A stretch of DNA of 64,000 nt from assembly GCA_964016885.1 (NCBI GenBank), contig OZ024745.1, positions 110,918,001 through 110,982,000 of the forward strand, in the 5' to 3' direction. Position numbers and translations under genes: made by a program. Numbering within the stretch: position 1 is the stretch's first letter; each line of letters starts with the position of its first letter. The notes under the pieces were generated by a model. That model worked only from the letters and a program-made list of their open reading frames with translations. It had not been told where the DNA came from and did not search any database. This stretch comes from Eledone cirrhosa (Eukaryota). Positions 1-12,075 of the stretch are shown piece by piece.

Positions 1-1083
1 ACTATCCTTAGTTGATATATGAAGATCAGTGTGTATGTGAAAGAGGGAAAAGTGGTGGGTAGGAGAGAAGTATGTGCATCTGTTTGTTAACCAGCTATCA
101 ACTAGATGGTTCAAATTTTAAGATATTTGAATCCTATTACATATTTTATTTCAGCTTTATTTTTAAAGTATTTCATTTTCTTTAATGTCAAATCACGTAA
201 AATGCAAATATAATATCAACAAAAAAGATCCAATTTTTTTTTATTTTTTTTTGTAGCTGTAAGCTTAAACTAAAACATTGTAATTTAAACTCCTTTCTTA
301 TTCCATCTCTGCTTCCTCTCACCTTCTCAGAAGCCTTACATCTTCTGTATTTCATTCAAATACAACATATATAAACCTAACAATAAATGTTTCCCTGGGT
401 AATTTTATCAGCATCTAAACTAGATTCAGTAAACTTGAAACCACATCTCTATTACATAAAAATCCTAATGGCACTTTGTTAAACAATAGCCAGAATTGTC
501 AGCTACTGGTATCATTCAATTTTTGTTATTTACTTAAAATGATACTTTTACCTTTTGGCAACAAGCACTTATTTCAATTTATTGATAACAAGCTTGCGTC
601 AGTATTAGATTCCTACATTCTAAGCTACTACACCAGCAACTTAAAGTAAACCGATCTATGTAAAAAGTTAGTTCCCTGAGAAAAGAGAGTATGAAAAATA
701 GAAATAATACAAATATTAAATTAATAGAGACGAGAGATTTATCTTATTTATTTATTTCTCATATTTCAACATGTCTTTGGAGTTTGAAAAGAACTTCCAT
801 TTAAGATTTTAAGGTAGACATTTACTTTATTAAATCTATTGAATTGTTAACTGTAGCAAATAAATTACCACAGTCAAACAAATGTTAAATATTTAGGAAC
901 AGCTTGAAACAATTTCACTTTTTTATTTTATTTTCTATAGTCATTATTAGACTGGGATTCAAATCATTTGTAATCAACAATATAAATGATATTCACCAAC
1001 ACTTCGATCTCTATTATCTTATATGTAGGTAACTGACATATAAGACATATTAATACATATTAATTTTATGCTATATATATATA

Positions 1084-1427
1084 TCATCATCATCATCATC
1101 TCATTTTACATCCGCTTTTTCCCTGCTTGCAAGGGTGGGACGGGAACTGATTCTGGCTTGATTTCTACAGCTGGATGCCCTTCCTAACACCAACCTCATT
1201 TACAGTGAGTGCTGGGTGCTTTTTTGCCGTGGCACCTCCACGACCACTTTGCAGTGGAATGATATGGACCCCAGTCCCTATCATCTCATTTCTACAGCTG
1301 AGTAAACTGGAGCAATGTGAAATAAAGTGTCTTGCTCAAGGAAACAACACATCACCCGGTCTGAGAATTGAACTCACAACCTTTCGATTGCAAGGCCAAT
1401 GCTCTAACCACTAAGCCATGTGCCTCC
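1084..1427 (-). mobile_element. tRNA-derived SINE (CORE-like body, (GAT)n RTE-type tail), near full length
   Basis: The minus strand begins ggaggcacatggcttagtggttagagc (A box) ... gagttcaattctc (B box). Then come ccttgagcaagacacttt (CORE-like) and a (gat)n tail. A highly similar copy is at 60424-60843. Confidence 0.85.
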
Positions 1428-1561
1428 AGAATATATATATATATATATATATTTATTTTTTATATATCTCTTGCATTACTTTTATCTATATTTTTTTTTT
1501 TTTTTTGCACGTTAAACTTTTGCCTTTCTTGAGGAGATTTTTCAAATATTTCATTTTTTTA

Positions 1562-1639
1562 AATTGCCTTGTCTGACGAACGAATGAGGACGTTTCTTGT
1601 ATTCATCTTATTCGGGAAACCTCTGGTAATGAGGTAATT
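1562..1639 (+). ncRNA. Type-I hammerhead ribozyme motif in a (TA)n-flanked insert
   Basis: Stem I aattgccttgt/atgaggtaatt (11 bp with G-U pairs), core CTGACGA (1573-1579), stem II cgaatgag../..cttattcg, GAAA (1616-1619), stem III acc/ggt, cleavage triplet GTA (1626-1628). Confidence 0.75.
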
Positions 1640-2018
1640 ATATTGTATTGTTTATTATACATTATATATATATATGTTAAGAAAAACAGAAACTGTAGAA
1701 AATGTTAATAGGATTTTATCATGGAAAAACAACATTCAAAACAAACAAAAAATATATATATAGATATATATATATATACACACACGCACACATGATGTCT
1801 CACTTTGATTACCTGTACAGGCAATATTTATTAGAATGCTGTTGAAGTGTGTATACATTTTTATTTTTTGTGACACCCTGTATATATATATATATATAGT
1901 TCGAAATAACAAAAAACAAACAAACGCATGTTACAAGGTATTATTAGTTTCATGTTTGAGAGTGGGGGTGTGTGTATGTATGTCTGTTAGCTTAAAGTTA
2001 ACTTGTGTTAAACTTTAA

Positions 2019-2225
2019 CCCTTTAATGTTCAAACCGGCCAAAACCGGCCAGAATTCTCTACCTTTTTCTGTTGAAACTGGCTGTAACTGGTCACTCAAA
2101 CTGATGTTAAGGTATTGTTCTGAAAATAAAAACTTTCAAAATCTCATAGATTCGATATTATGTGAGATAAAGCATTTCTCATAAAATTATAATAGTATAT
2201 ATAGAGTAATGTGAATGCTAAAGGG
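2019..2225. mobile_element. piggyBac-type MITE, family A
   Basis: ttaa|ccctttaatgttca ... tgaatgctaaaggg|ttag. A second copy is at 10934-11158. Confidence 0.7.
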
Positions 2226-4219
2226 TTAGGCTAGCATACATTCAAAATTCAGAATTCACTCAACATTGTATTTCATCACACATACCTAAGTGGCTTTTCA
2301 CAAACTACTTTTACATTGTTATCTAATGTAGACATAAAAATAACACCAGGTATTTTCTTTAACAGGGGGAAGGGTGATTTCTCACCAGTTAAAATTATCA
2401 ATAGAAGTATATATATATTGTGTATGTCAGTCCTCAGTATTGTGCATTTTAATTCCTGTGAATACACAAGTAAAAGTTTTGCTATAAGTGTTGTTAGTCA
2501 TTTGTCTACATAATATACTGTAGGAGTTAAGCATTAGGTGGCAATATTTACCAATCATCAAATTTAGCAATATAACACTATATTTTGGTAATTGTATTTA
2601 ATGCCTCAAATATCATCATATACATGTATGATATTTTATTTATTGCAGTTATATATCTATCTATTTATATATATCTATATCTATCTATCTATTTATCTCT
2701 CTCTCTCTATATATATATATATAATGTCTGGTTCTCATTGTCTCAAATTGAGATATTAATTATATATATTTATGTACATCTAGTGAGAGTTATTGTTTTT
2801 TTATTAATTTTCATCGGTTAAAGAAAGAACGACATAATTTGTAAATCTTTTTTCTATTATATTTCTGTTGTCTTATTAGTCAACATCTTTTTGTTTGTCT
2901 TTACCTGTCCATTGTAATTCTATGCTAACAAAAGCAGTAGCAAAGAAAACAACTTGCCATTATTAATTATTAATTGTCGAATGTGTTCATAGCCCATAAT
3001 TCAAACAGCCAATAATTATCTGATTAAAGAGAATAGTCTTCACAATATCACTGAATAAAATTATATCTGTTTCAGCAAGTTTTTATTTGCCTACTTTATT
3101 TTCTTACCTTTTATCTCCACTTCCTTTTCATACGTTAAATTTAATTTACAAATTAGAAGAAGGAAAAATAAAGAAAAAAAAACAGCATTTTTCTGCTGTG
3201 ATGTCAAATTGACTTTATGGAATATATTTTCATCAGCTATTCCCTGTTCATTGTGCCATCGTCTCTGTTTACTGTGGCTAATAAAATTACAAGACAGGCC
3301 ATTGAGATTCAGATAAAATTCTGCTGATCAATCAAATCCTATTAAATTTTCCCTATCAACATTTTAACTATCTGTTGTAGATTATCATATATTTTTTCTC
3401 AACTCATCCACCTCATTGAGCTTCATTTTGTTTAAATATTTATAAAACTTTTCCATTTATTTTAAAATGTTGTTGTTATTCTTTCTGCAGCTTATAATTT
3501 TAAAGACTCATATTATTGATCTTAAATTTCAATTTTATTGATTTCAAATATTGGTTTGATCTGATAACAATGGTTAAGTCTTAAAAATATCTTATTCTTA
3601 GTATACTCTATTGCAGAAACTATTGAAAAGATATTGTCTTTAAGATGTTCTTTCTCAAAGAATAAAAGAATAGCAGACTAATAATTTATTTCAATAGTCA
3701 ATATTTACAGCATTATTATTATTATTATTATTATTATCAGTAGTAGTAGTAATAGTAGTAATAGTAGTAGATTTATATATAAACTGTTTACGTCTCTTTC
3801 ATTTTATGCATCTACAGAGTCAGTTAAATACATACATTTAATATCAATAACAAAATGCTTCAAAAGTAGATAGATGATAAAGTTGGTATTTGTTGTTATA
3901 CTGTTTAAAATATGGTTTTACTAAATGTTGAATATAGCCAAGACAGAAGGAGATTATGTGTGTCCATGTAATAAGTTGAAAAATACAAGAACAAATTAAT
4001 TTGTCTGTTTATTTTCTTAGTGAATGTACATAGTTTACTTAATTAATATGTCATTCCAAACACCACCAAAATATGTTGTTACCATTATACTCTATTGAAT
4101 AGAATTTTTAAATAATCTTTTATATTTTTGAAACAATTACTATTGCATATCAGTGTATGTACCGATTGTGTTATTTGTGTTTACCTTTTACATACATATC
4201 TATCTGGCAAAGAAAGATA

Positions 4220-4280
<61 letters not shown>

Positions 4281-4285
<5 letters not shown>

Positions 4286-4491
4286 AAAAAGTTTAACCCC
4301 AACGGAAGAGCTCAAGCCGTTTCGACAGCTATTTCTGAATGTATTAGTATAATGTCCAGAAATAGCTGTCGAAATGGCTTGAGCTCTACCGTCGGGGTTA
4401 AACTTTTTACTATTACCCACTCTACTACCCTAAGTATTGAGTACTCTAGTGCGATATGGTCCATCTGGTTCCTTACCACACCTCCTTCGTT
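4281..4491 (+). mobile_element. Penelope-like pLTR-type fragment: inverted arms (4281-4413) plus unpaired tail, inside (TA)n
   Basis: aaaaagtttaaccccaacggaagagctcaagccgtttcgacagctatttctg is inverted as cagaaatagctgtcgaaatggcttgagctctaccgtcggggttaaactttt. The tail tacccactctact..gagtactct is shared with 9463-9532 and 14805-14890. Confidence 0.65.
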
Positions 4492-4524
4492 ATATATATA
4501 TATATATATATATATATGTTTGTG

Positions 4525-4634
4525 TAAAAGGTAAACAGAAATAACAACATAATCGGTGCAGTATATGGAAGGAATATATTAGTATAATGCTTGAAATAGC
4601 AGAAAGAGAATCTTAATGTTTTGGATGCTAGTCC

Positions 4635-4636
<2 letters not shown>
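4525..4636 (-). mobile_element. Truncated copy of the hammerhead-bearing (TA)n-inserted element (family of 60893-61030)
   Basis: Aligns by eye with 60893-61003 (aaaaggtaaacagaaataacaac..gtatatggaaggaatatattag..gctagtcc). It breaks off in hammerhead stem II. Confidence 0.7.
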
Positions 4637-4689
<53 letters not shown>

Positions 4690-4691
<2 letters not shown>

Positions 4692-4835
4692 ATGGTTTCT
4701 GTAGTTTCTGTCTATCAAATTTCATTTACAAAGCATTGGTCATCCCAAGTCTATAGTAGAAGACACTTACTGAAAGTGTTGTACACCAAGTCTCTACCAA
4801 ATAGTTGTGAAGTGATATAGTTAACCACACAACCT
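4690..4835 (-). mobile_element. Degenerate tRNA-SINE fragment
   Basis: Minus strand reads aagtgtcttctactatag..gaccaatgctttgtaaatgaaatttgatagacagaaact. It is related to 59430-59535 (+). Confidence 0.5.
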
Positions 4836-7247
4836 GCGTCTTCAATATATATTGAAATTGAAGACAAATGTATATATCTTTATCTGAACCCTCCCTCAAT
4901 ATAAAATATGCTATCACATGCTATTGTGACAAGCATCTTCAGAATGAAACTCAACATGTTCAATTTCATACCAATACATTCATTAAAATATATTTATCAC
5001 TTAGCATCTATTTGTTGCTGATATTAAACTACAGGATTATTTTATAATGATGCAGTTTTTGAAATGTTACAGACCTAATCACCTAAATTAATAATATGTG
5101 TCATATTATTCTTTAATTCATCAACAATAAATCCACTCCATTTCTTAGGATGTGGGAATTTTTTTTTTAATTAGTTATTTATTTATTGCATTCTACTTTC
5201 ATTTTCTGTAATTCCTTTCTCCCCCCCCCCCCTCTCTCTCTCTCTCATTCAAGCCATTTGTTAGATGCTTGCCCCGTATTTGATAATGTTACTCTCTCTT
5301 ACTGCCATTCCCATTCATAAGAACCCTGAAAACGTTCTGTTAACTGTGTATCACATCTCCTTCAACTAAATGCAGAACTCTAATTTCAATATGAATGATT
5401 CACCACTTATCTTCTTATTTGAAGTAAAAATATTCCAAACAACTTCTCAGGCCCTAATAACATCAGGCATTCATCTGATACAAAAATCTTGAAACTGAAA
5501 TTTTTAAAAAATAATAATAAAATAAAATCATAGTGATGATAGTGATTAATAATTGTATTTTTTTTTTTTTTCATTTTTTTTAAATCTGAGTTTTACTTCT
5601 CTTGAGTCCTGTTAAAAGATTTGTCATAATTTCAGCTGTTTTTTTTGTTTTTTTTTTTCACATCTTCGTTTTAATAATTAATACTTCCACATTTTCTTCT
5701 CTCTGCCCTATTTATTAGAAAAACAAATACTGTTTGTAGATCCAGTCAAAAACTTGTAGGTTACACTTGAATCTTATTGCTTACTGTTTAATTAAATTAT
5801 ATCTGTGGATTACCAGTGGAATTGGTAGAGCAGATTCTATGACTAATGACTCAGTATAAGATCCACATTTTAAAATATTTTTCTAGTTGATACTTAAGAA
5901 TGTTAATGAGTATTGATGTCATATTATATGGTATTATTCATCTTCAATTAATTCTAACTTCACTACTATTACACTATGTCAATGTGCAAATTCCTCATTA
6001 GGTTTTAGATAAAAACATAAATTGTACACAACATTATTGTCTCTCTATAACATTCCTTTTACCGTTGATTGATTTATGTTCAGCCATGTTTAAGTTGGCT
6101 TAAAGAAATCAAATCAATACTAATTTCTATTTAATGTTATAATGTTGGCAATATAAAGGTTTTATTAACACACTAAACAGTTATTCTAATCCTAAAGAAA
6201 CTTTGATCTGTTCTTTAATTCCTTTTTCTACCCCGTATCTCAGTGTGTTTCACCCCCCCCCCCATCTCAGTGTGTTTCAACCCCTTCCTCCCTCTCAACA
6301 CACACACACACGGGCGCGCGCGTGAAAATCAGCTTGTCTAACGACTCTAACATCTATATTTTCTTTTCTCATCGTTTCTTCGTAATATATATTTGCTCGT
6401 TGAGAAAATATTTCTCCCCATCCATTGACTTGTGCATAGAAAGGTTTCCTGTAATATACTTTTGTCTGGCTTCCATGAAAACATCATTGGTTCACAGAAG
6501 GCCTACTCAGCTTGCAATGCTTTCCTCCTTTGTGCTAAAAGGCCTCAATCAAAGTATCACATTATACAATCCAAGCAGCTTTCAATTGTCACTTTAGAAA
6601 AGCTTATATTCTTTCTGATAACCAACTTGATACTGATTATGCTATATATATATACACATACATACATATAAATATATATATATATATATGTTTCTAGCAA
6701 GTGTTTCTTCCTGTGATATAATGGAAACAATAAAATAAGTGATGTCACGGTAAATGTCAGTGATAGAGAGACAAATATAAACAGTGAGCTGCTAACTGTA
6801 TACATATAATTCTTTGTTGTCTCCATTTTCACAAATATCTCACAACATTTCAAGTTGCTTATGTCGTGTAGTTTAACAAAAGTATAAGAAATTTAAGTAT
6901 ATAAGTACTACTTACATACATACATATGTATATGCATAAATCTGTACATACATACATGCATATATACATACAAACAAACATACATCCATGTGTACATACA
7001 TACATGCATCCATACATACACACATATACATACATATTCTGTGAAGTAGATTTCTTAAATGAAAATGTGAGTATTTATATTGAGTACGTAGTATATTTTA
7101 TGATAGTTATCTATTCATTCATAAATTTATTTCACTATTTATAAATATTTTTCAAAGTCATTTATTGTTTTTCAAAGAGTCTAATTATCTTGACTGTTGA
7201 GTAAAAAAAAAAACAAAAAAAAAAACTAATTGCAAAACCTTTTAAAA

Positions 7248-7708
7248 CCCTTTCATTTTCCTATTCCTAGTAAAAGACAATGCCTATCATTTCCAAACCA
7301 TTTTTGAAAATAATCAAGAATTTGGAGGGATTTAGTAATATAACTAACTTTCTCATTATTAAGCTGGTGTGGCAGTGGATTGGCAGAATCGGCAGAGCGT
7401 CGGACAACATGCTTAGCGGCATAGGGTTACGGTCCTTTACATTCTGAGCTTAAATCCCTCCAAGGTTAACTTTGACTTTCATCCTTACGGGGTCGATAAA
7501 ATAAAACACCAGTAATGTACTGGGATAATTGCTGGCCTTGTGCCAAAAGTAGAAATACTTATTAAGCTGGTGTTTATAACATAATGTAACAAAGATCCTT
7601 ACATAAAACCATGATGAAAGGTTTCTAGATTAATATAAACACTTAAAAATAAATGGTTTTGTATTATAGAACCAGGAGCAGTTTCAGGCAGCTTGGGTAT
7701 CCAATGAG
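7248..7708. mobile_element. piggyBac-type MITE, family B, interrupted by a SINE
   Basis: ccctttc...gag|ttaa termini. The internal sequence is shared with 12915-13145, 16360-16586, 9939-10186, 19141-19340, 22494-22700 and 52233-52423. Confidence 0.65.
7371..7558 (+). mobile_element. tRNA-derived SINE (family with gcctttcatccttacggggtcgataaaataaagtaccag core) with 15-bp TSD
   Basis: A box tggcagaatcgg and B-box-like gagcttaaatccc. TSD ttattaagctggtgt at 7356-7370 and 7559-7573. Confidence 0.85.
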
Positions 7709-8069
7709 TTAAATTCTAAATTCTCAGCAAATAATGGACCTTAATACCTTCATAAATCGTTAGTTACTGCTTTAATGTCCATTTTCCCAAGTATGTATGT
7801 GACATATATACAAAGTGCATCTCACCCATGTACCTAGATCCAACGTCACTTTGTATAAGGGTCAATATTCCTGTTTATTTGTTTGTTGTTTTTAAATTTT
7901 AATCCTGCATGTCTTGACTCATTTGTATGTGTTGGCAAAATCATGTGGGATCTCTTGAAGTTTTTTCAAAAGATATCCAGAATATATTATACACACACAC
8001 ACACACATATATATATATAAAATAAAGTTAAATAAAAAGTCAAATGATTAAAATTTAGCTTCGTTTATT

Positions 8070-8126
8070 ACTGCTATATATATATTTCAGTGACAGCCAT
8101 CTTTGGCTGTGACCTCTTCAGGCAGT
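8070..8126 (-). ncRNA. Mirror-copy hammerhead motif in the left arm of the palindrome
   Basis: Reverse complement of 8362-8416 with one extra TA in stem III. Confidence 0.75.
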
Positions 8127-8361
8127 TTGAATTAGTATGGTATAGACAAGTACATATGTTGTTGAGGTGTATAATATTGTCAATACTCTGATATGCCCAG
8201 TTCCTGGTTGGTTTGTTAATTCACTGAGGAACTGGAGTCATATGACTCCAGTTCCTCAGTGAATTAACAACCCAACCCAACCAGGAACTGGGCATATCAG
8301 AGTATTGACAATATTATACACCTAAACAACATATGTACTTGTCTATACCATACTAATTCAA

Positions 8362-8416
8362 ACTGCCTGAAGAGGTCACAGCCAAAGATGGCTGTCACTG
8401 AAATATATATAGCAGT
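8362..8416 (+). ncRNA. Minimal type-I hammerhead ribozyme motif
   Basis: actgc CTGAAGA ggtcacagcca-aaga-tggctgtcact GAAA tatatat a gcagt. Stem I actgc/gcagt, stem II acagcca/tggctgt, palindromic stem III, AUA triplet ending at 8411. Confidence 0.8.
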
Positions 8417-8597
8417 AATAAACGAAGCTAAATTTTAATCATTTGACTTTTTATTTAACTTTATTTTACACTATTCCGGAGTAACCAAACCAACCTGCGC
8501 ACTTCGTCGAGTGCTCCAGCCTGCATACTGAGGTGTTGGTATACAACCAACATAAACTCAAGATCTCTCTCTATATATATATATAAGATAATGTGAA

Positions 8598-8768
8598 TGA
8601 TGTTAGGAAGGGTATCCAGCTGTAAAATCCCTGGCCAAATTTACAGTCCTCAACAGAGCAAGGTACAGCATGGCCAATTCTGGTCAGGCTCGTCTCCCAA
8701 CGTGGACAACCCATCTCATCCATGCAAGCATGGAGAAATGAATGCTAAATAGTGATGATGATGATGAT
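8598..8768 (+). mobile_element. SINE 3' part with (GAT)n tail
   Basis: ttaggaagggtatccagctgtaaaa...catgcaagcatggag..gatgatgat. Similar pieces are at 28385-28640, 21543-21599 and 59103-59157. Confidence 0.7.
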
Positions 8769-9396
8769 ATATATATAAATTTCTATATATATATAGGCTA
8801 GGCAACTAGTGTATGAAAACGTGTACATAACACACCACAGAACATTCATTATTATCATCATCATTATCGTTTTTATGTCCACTTTCCATGCTGATAAAAT
8901 TAATTATAATTAATTCTATAGAAGAATTTATTTCTAGCCTTGCTCTAAAATAATTTTGGGGTTATAACCCCTAGAGAGAACATGCTGCTCTGACAACTAA
9001 AAGATTGCAATTTTGACCTAACATCTGAAAACACTATAAGAAAAAGTATCTGTTTATTTTGATTCCAAAACATATGCTGTCTTCTCCATCATATCTGGCA
9101 TCCAGAACGTTAGTTTGTAAAAAAAAAAATCTGTTTCTCTTAAAACATTTTGCTTTTCTTCAGTTACACACCTGCCTATTACTTAGTGCTATATTGCCTT
9201 TCTTTGCCTTTTTTAAAAAAAATAACGTACTGCAGAACAGAAATGATCAAAAAATTTGTTCACAATAAAAGTTTTTCTACTAGGGACCACAAGATATATG
9301 GTACTCTGTAAAAATCACTATGTGTGTTGTTCTTGTTACTAAAAACAAAAGTGGTTTATTGTTTTTCTGTATTAGTTAGGAGTTTTTTTTTCTTTC

Positions 9397-9433
<37 letters not shown>

Positions 9434-9438
<5 letters not shown>

Positions 9439-9527
9439 AAAATGTGTTAAACATTTTCCTATTACCCACTCTACTATTGAGTACTCTGGTGCGTTATGGT
9501 CCATCTGTTTCCTTACCGCCCTTCCTT

Positions 9528-9532
<5 letters not shown>
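9434..9532 (+). mobile_element. Short copy of the 4281 family: mini-inversion plus tail in (TA)n
   Basis: ataggaaaatgt-gttaa-acattttcctat followed by tacccactctactattgagtactctggtgcgttatggtccatctg. Confidence 0.7.
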
Positions 9533-9572
<40 letters not shown>

Positions 9573-9801
9573 ATCATTTCCAAGAGTCCGGGTAAATATT
9601 TCATTCATTTATTTTGTTTGACCCGTTTAGCTTGATTCGTTTCTTCTGGCTTAGGTGGTTCTTAACCGCCGTCTCAGTTTGTATGGCCTTTATAACATAT
9701 GTTTATTGCTCTGGTCTCTTTTGGTCCATGGAGCGCTTGTTAATACAAATCGGAAATTGCATTTCGCTTATTTCTACCCGCCAAAATACGATTCTCGCTG
9801 A

Positions 9802-9840
<39 letters not shown>

Positions 9841-10569
9841 TATTTGCTCCTCTCTTTACACCTTGTCAAATCCTTGTTTTACATATTGTTTATTAGACTG
9901 TATTGTGTTTCTTTTGTCTATTTACTGTCAGAAATGTAACCCCTTTGATGCCACTCATCTGAAACCACACTTGTTTCTGTAATACAAAACTGTTTATTTT
10001 AAAATGTTTATATTTACCTAAAAACCTTCCATCATAATTTTATGTAACAACCCCAGTTAAGTCAGCTTGATAATGAGTAAGTTAGTTTATATTACTAAAT
10101 CATTCCATTTTTTTTTTTTTTATTAATTTCAATTTTTTTTTGTAAATAAGAGACAATCTTTTTAATAGAAATATAATAACAAGAGGGCTGAAAATGAAAA
10201 AGTATGGATTTTAAAATACTTGCCAAATTCTACAATATTTTATAAAAGAAAATACCTAATGTACTCTGTTATTGAGAACTGTTCTGGTCGAGGTAGATTC
10301 TTTCTTTATTATATCAGTCAAAAGTGGTAAACATTTTAGAGACCTCAGGATCTGAGATTGCTAAGAGGAAATATAATTATTAAGATGGAACAGTTGTTTC
10401 ATAGAAGAAAAACTCCTGAAGTCAGATATTCCATCTGTTACAGCAATGTTTTAAAGGTAGTTTTAATGTGCCTCAAAATACTTACACCTTAATGTATTTC
10501 ACACAATTACTTTACAGAAAATAAAGTTTCTATTCTCTAGGAACTTTGTAGATCTGAGTGTTCACATCA

Positions 10570-11230
10570 CCCCTTTAATACCAAACTGCCTGAAACAGTC
10601 CCTGATTCTATGATACTACATTGCCTGAAAAACCCCTGATTCTATGATACAGAGCTGTTTATTTAAAAGTGTTTATATAAAAATAATAATAATGAAAATT
10701 GTGTACAGTGCTAAGGTGCACTACAATTCATCAAAGGTGCATGTATAGTACATAGAATAATGTAGAAATGTCAGGAAAGGGAACAGTGTATGTGTCATGA
10801 TATACACACAGATACATGAGTGCATGTGTATGGAGGGGTAATATCTATATATCTAAAAACTTTCCATTATAATTTTGTCAGAAGCTTTGTTAAGTTATGC
10901 TCTGAACAATCAGAGAGTTAGTTATATCATTAACCCATTAGCATTTAAACTGGCCATATCCGACCAGAGTTCTCTCACCTCTTTCTGTTCAAACTGGCTG
11001 TAACTGACTGCTCATACTGATGTTGAGGTATTGTTCTCAACATAAATAATATCAAAATTTCATAGATTCAATATAATGTGAGATAATAATATGCGATAAA
11101 GAAAGTTTTTACCACAAAAATAGAATAGTAAATATAGAGTAATGTAAATGCTAAAGAATTAAGTCTTTGCTAATTCTTGGTTATTTTTTAAATGATTTGA
11201 AAAACATAGACAGAGAATTTCATTGTAAAG
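10570..11230. mobile_element. Nested cluster: family B piggyBac-type MITE interrupted by a ~160-bp insert (~10681-10843) and by a family A MITE (10934-11158)
   Basis: Family B sequence resumes after each insert. The family A copy is bounded by TTAA at 10930-10933 and 11159-11162, with TIRs cccattagcattta/taaatgctaaagaa. Confidence 0.65.
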
Positions 11231-11745
11231 ACAGTAGGATTTAATAACTAGAAACATTTTTTATGCAGTCTTCTGTGGGATGTTACTACTTGGAAGAATG
11301 AGCGGTTATAGCTGTAGTTATTTATAATATGTTCTTCTATTAGGTTTAGCAGAGTTTCTTTGAAGAAATTCTGTAGAATCTATTAAAAAGTTTGTTGTTT
11401 CTGCAGTAGTATTAGTTGTAATAGCAGAAAAATATTAAAGAAAGTGCCTTATTTAAATATATATAAATCTTAATTTAATATTTGCTTAAAATATTTTTCA
11501 AAATGAACTACTAAAGCCATTTCTTAGTTAATATTGCATTACTACTTTACTTACAGTCGTTTCTTTTAAACAATATATTTCAAAATCCTGAGCTATTATT
11601 TTATTTCTTATTCACACATATATCCAAGATATACAAATATAAATGAAATATATCATCATCATCATCTTCGTTTAACGTCCATTTTCCACGCTAGCATACA
11701 GAGAGAGAGCGAGAGATATGTAAACTCCCAACCGCGGCGCTATGT

Positions 11746-12075
11746 ATGTGTGTGTGTGTGTATATATATATTTATATTTATTTATTTGTATGTGTGTATA
11801 TATATATATGTTTATATATATATATATATAATTGTGTGTCTATATATATTTGTATATATATATGTGTGTTTGTATGTATATTATGTGTGTATATATGTGT
11901 GCTTATGTGTATATATATGTATGTATATATATTTGTGTATATATTATGTGTGTATATATATTTGTGTATGTATGTATATATATATATATTTGTGTTGTGT
12001 GTATATATATATGTTTGTATGTATATTATCTGTATATATATATAAATACACACACATATATATGTGTGTGTATTA
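11746..12075. repeat. Compound (TA)/(TG) microsatellite
   Basis: Directly visible. Confidence 0.95.

Larger units (their letters stand above)
8018..8565 (+). mobile_element. Penelope-like pLTR-type insert: 450-bp spacerless palindrome (8018-8468) plus ~97-nt tail, flanked by (TA)n
   Basis: The arms are near-perfect reverse complements centred on gtcat|atgac (8241/8242). Each arm contains a hammerhead motif. Confidence 0.75.

Noticed and set aside
1175-1414. Similar 79/84-aa ORFs at 1175 and 60576
   Set aside because: Both lie antisense in copies of the same SINE. The similarity is at the repeat level.
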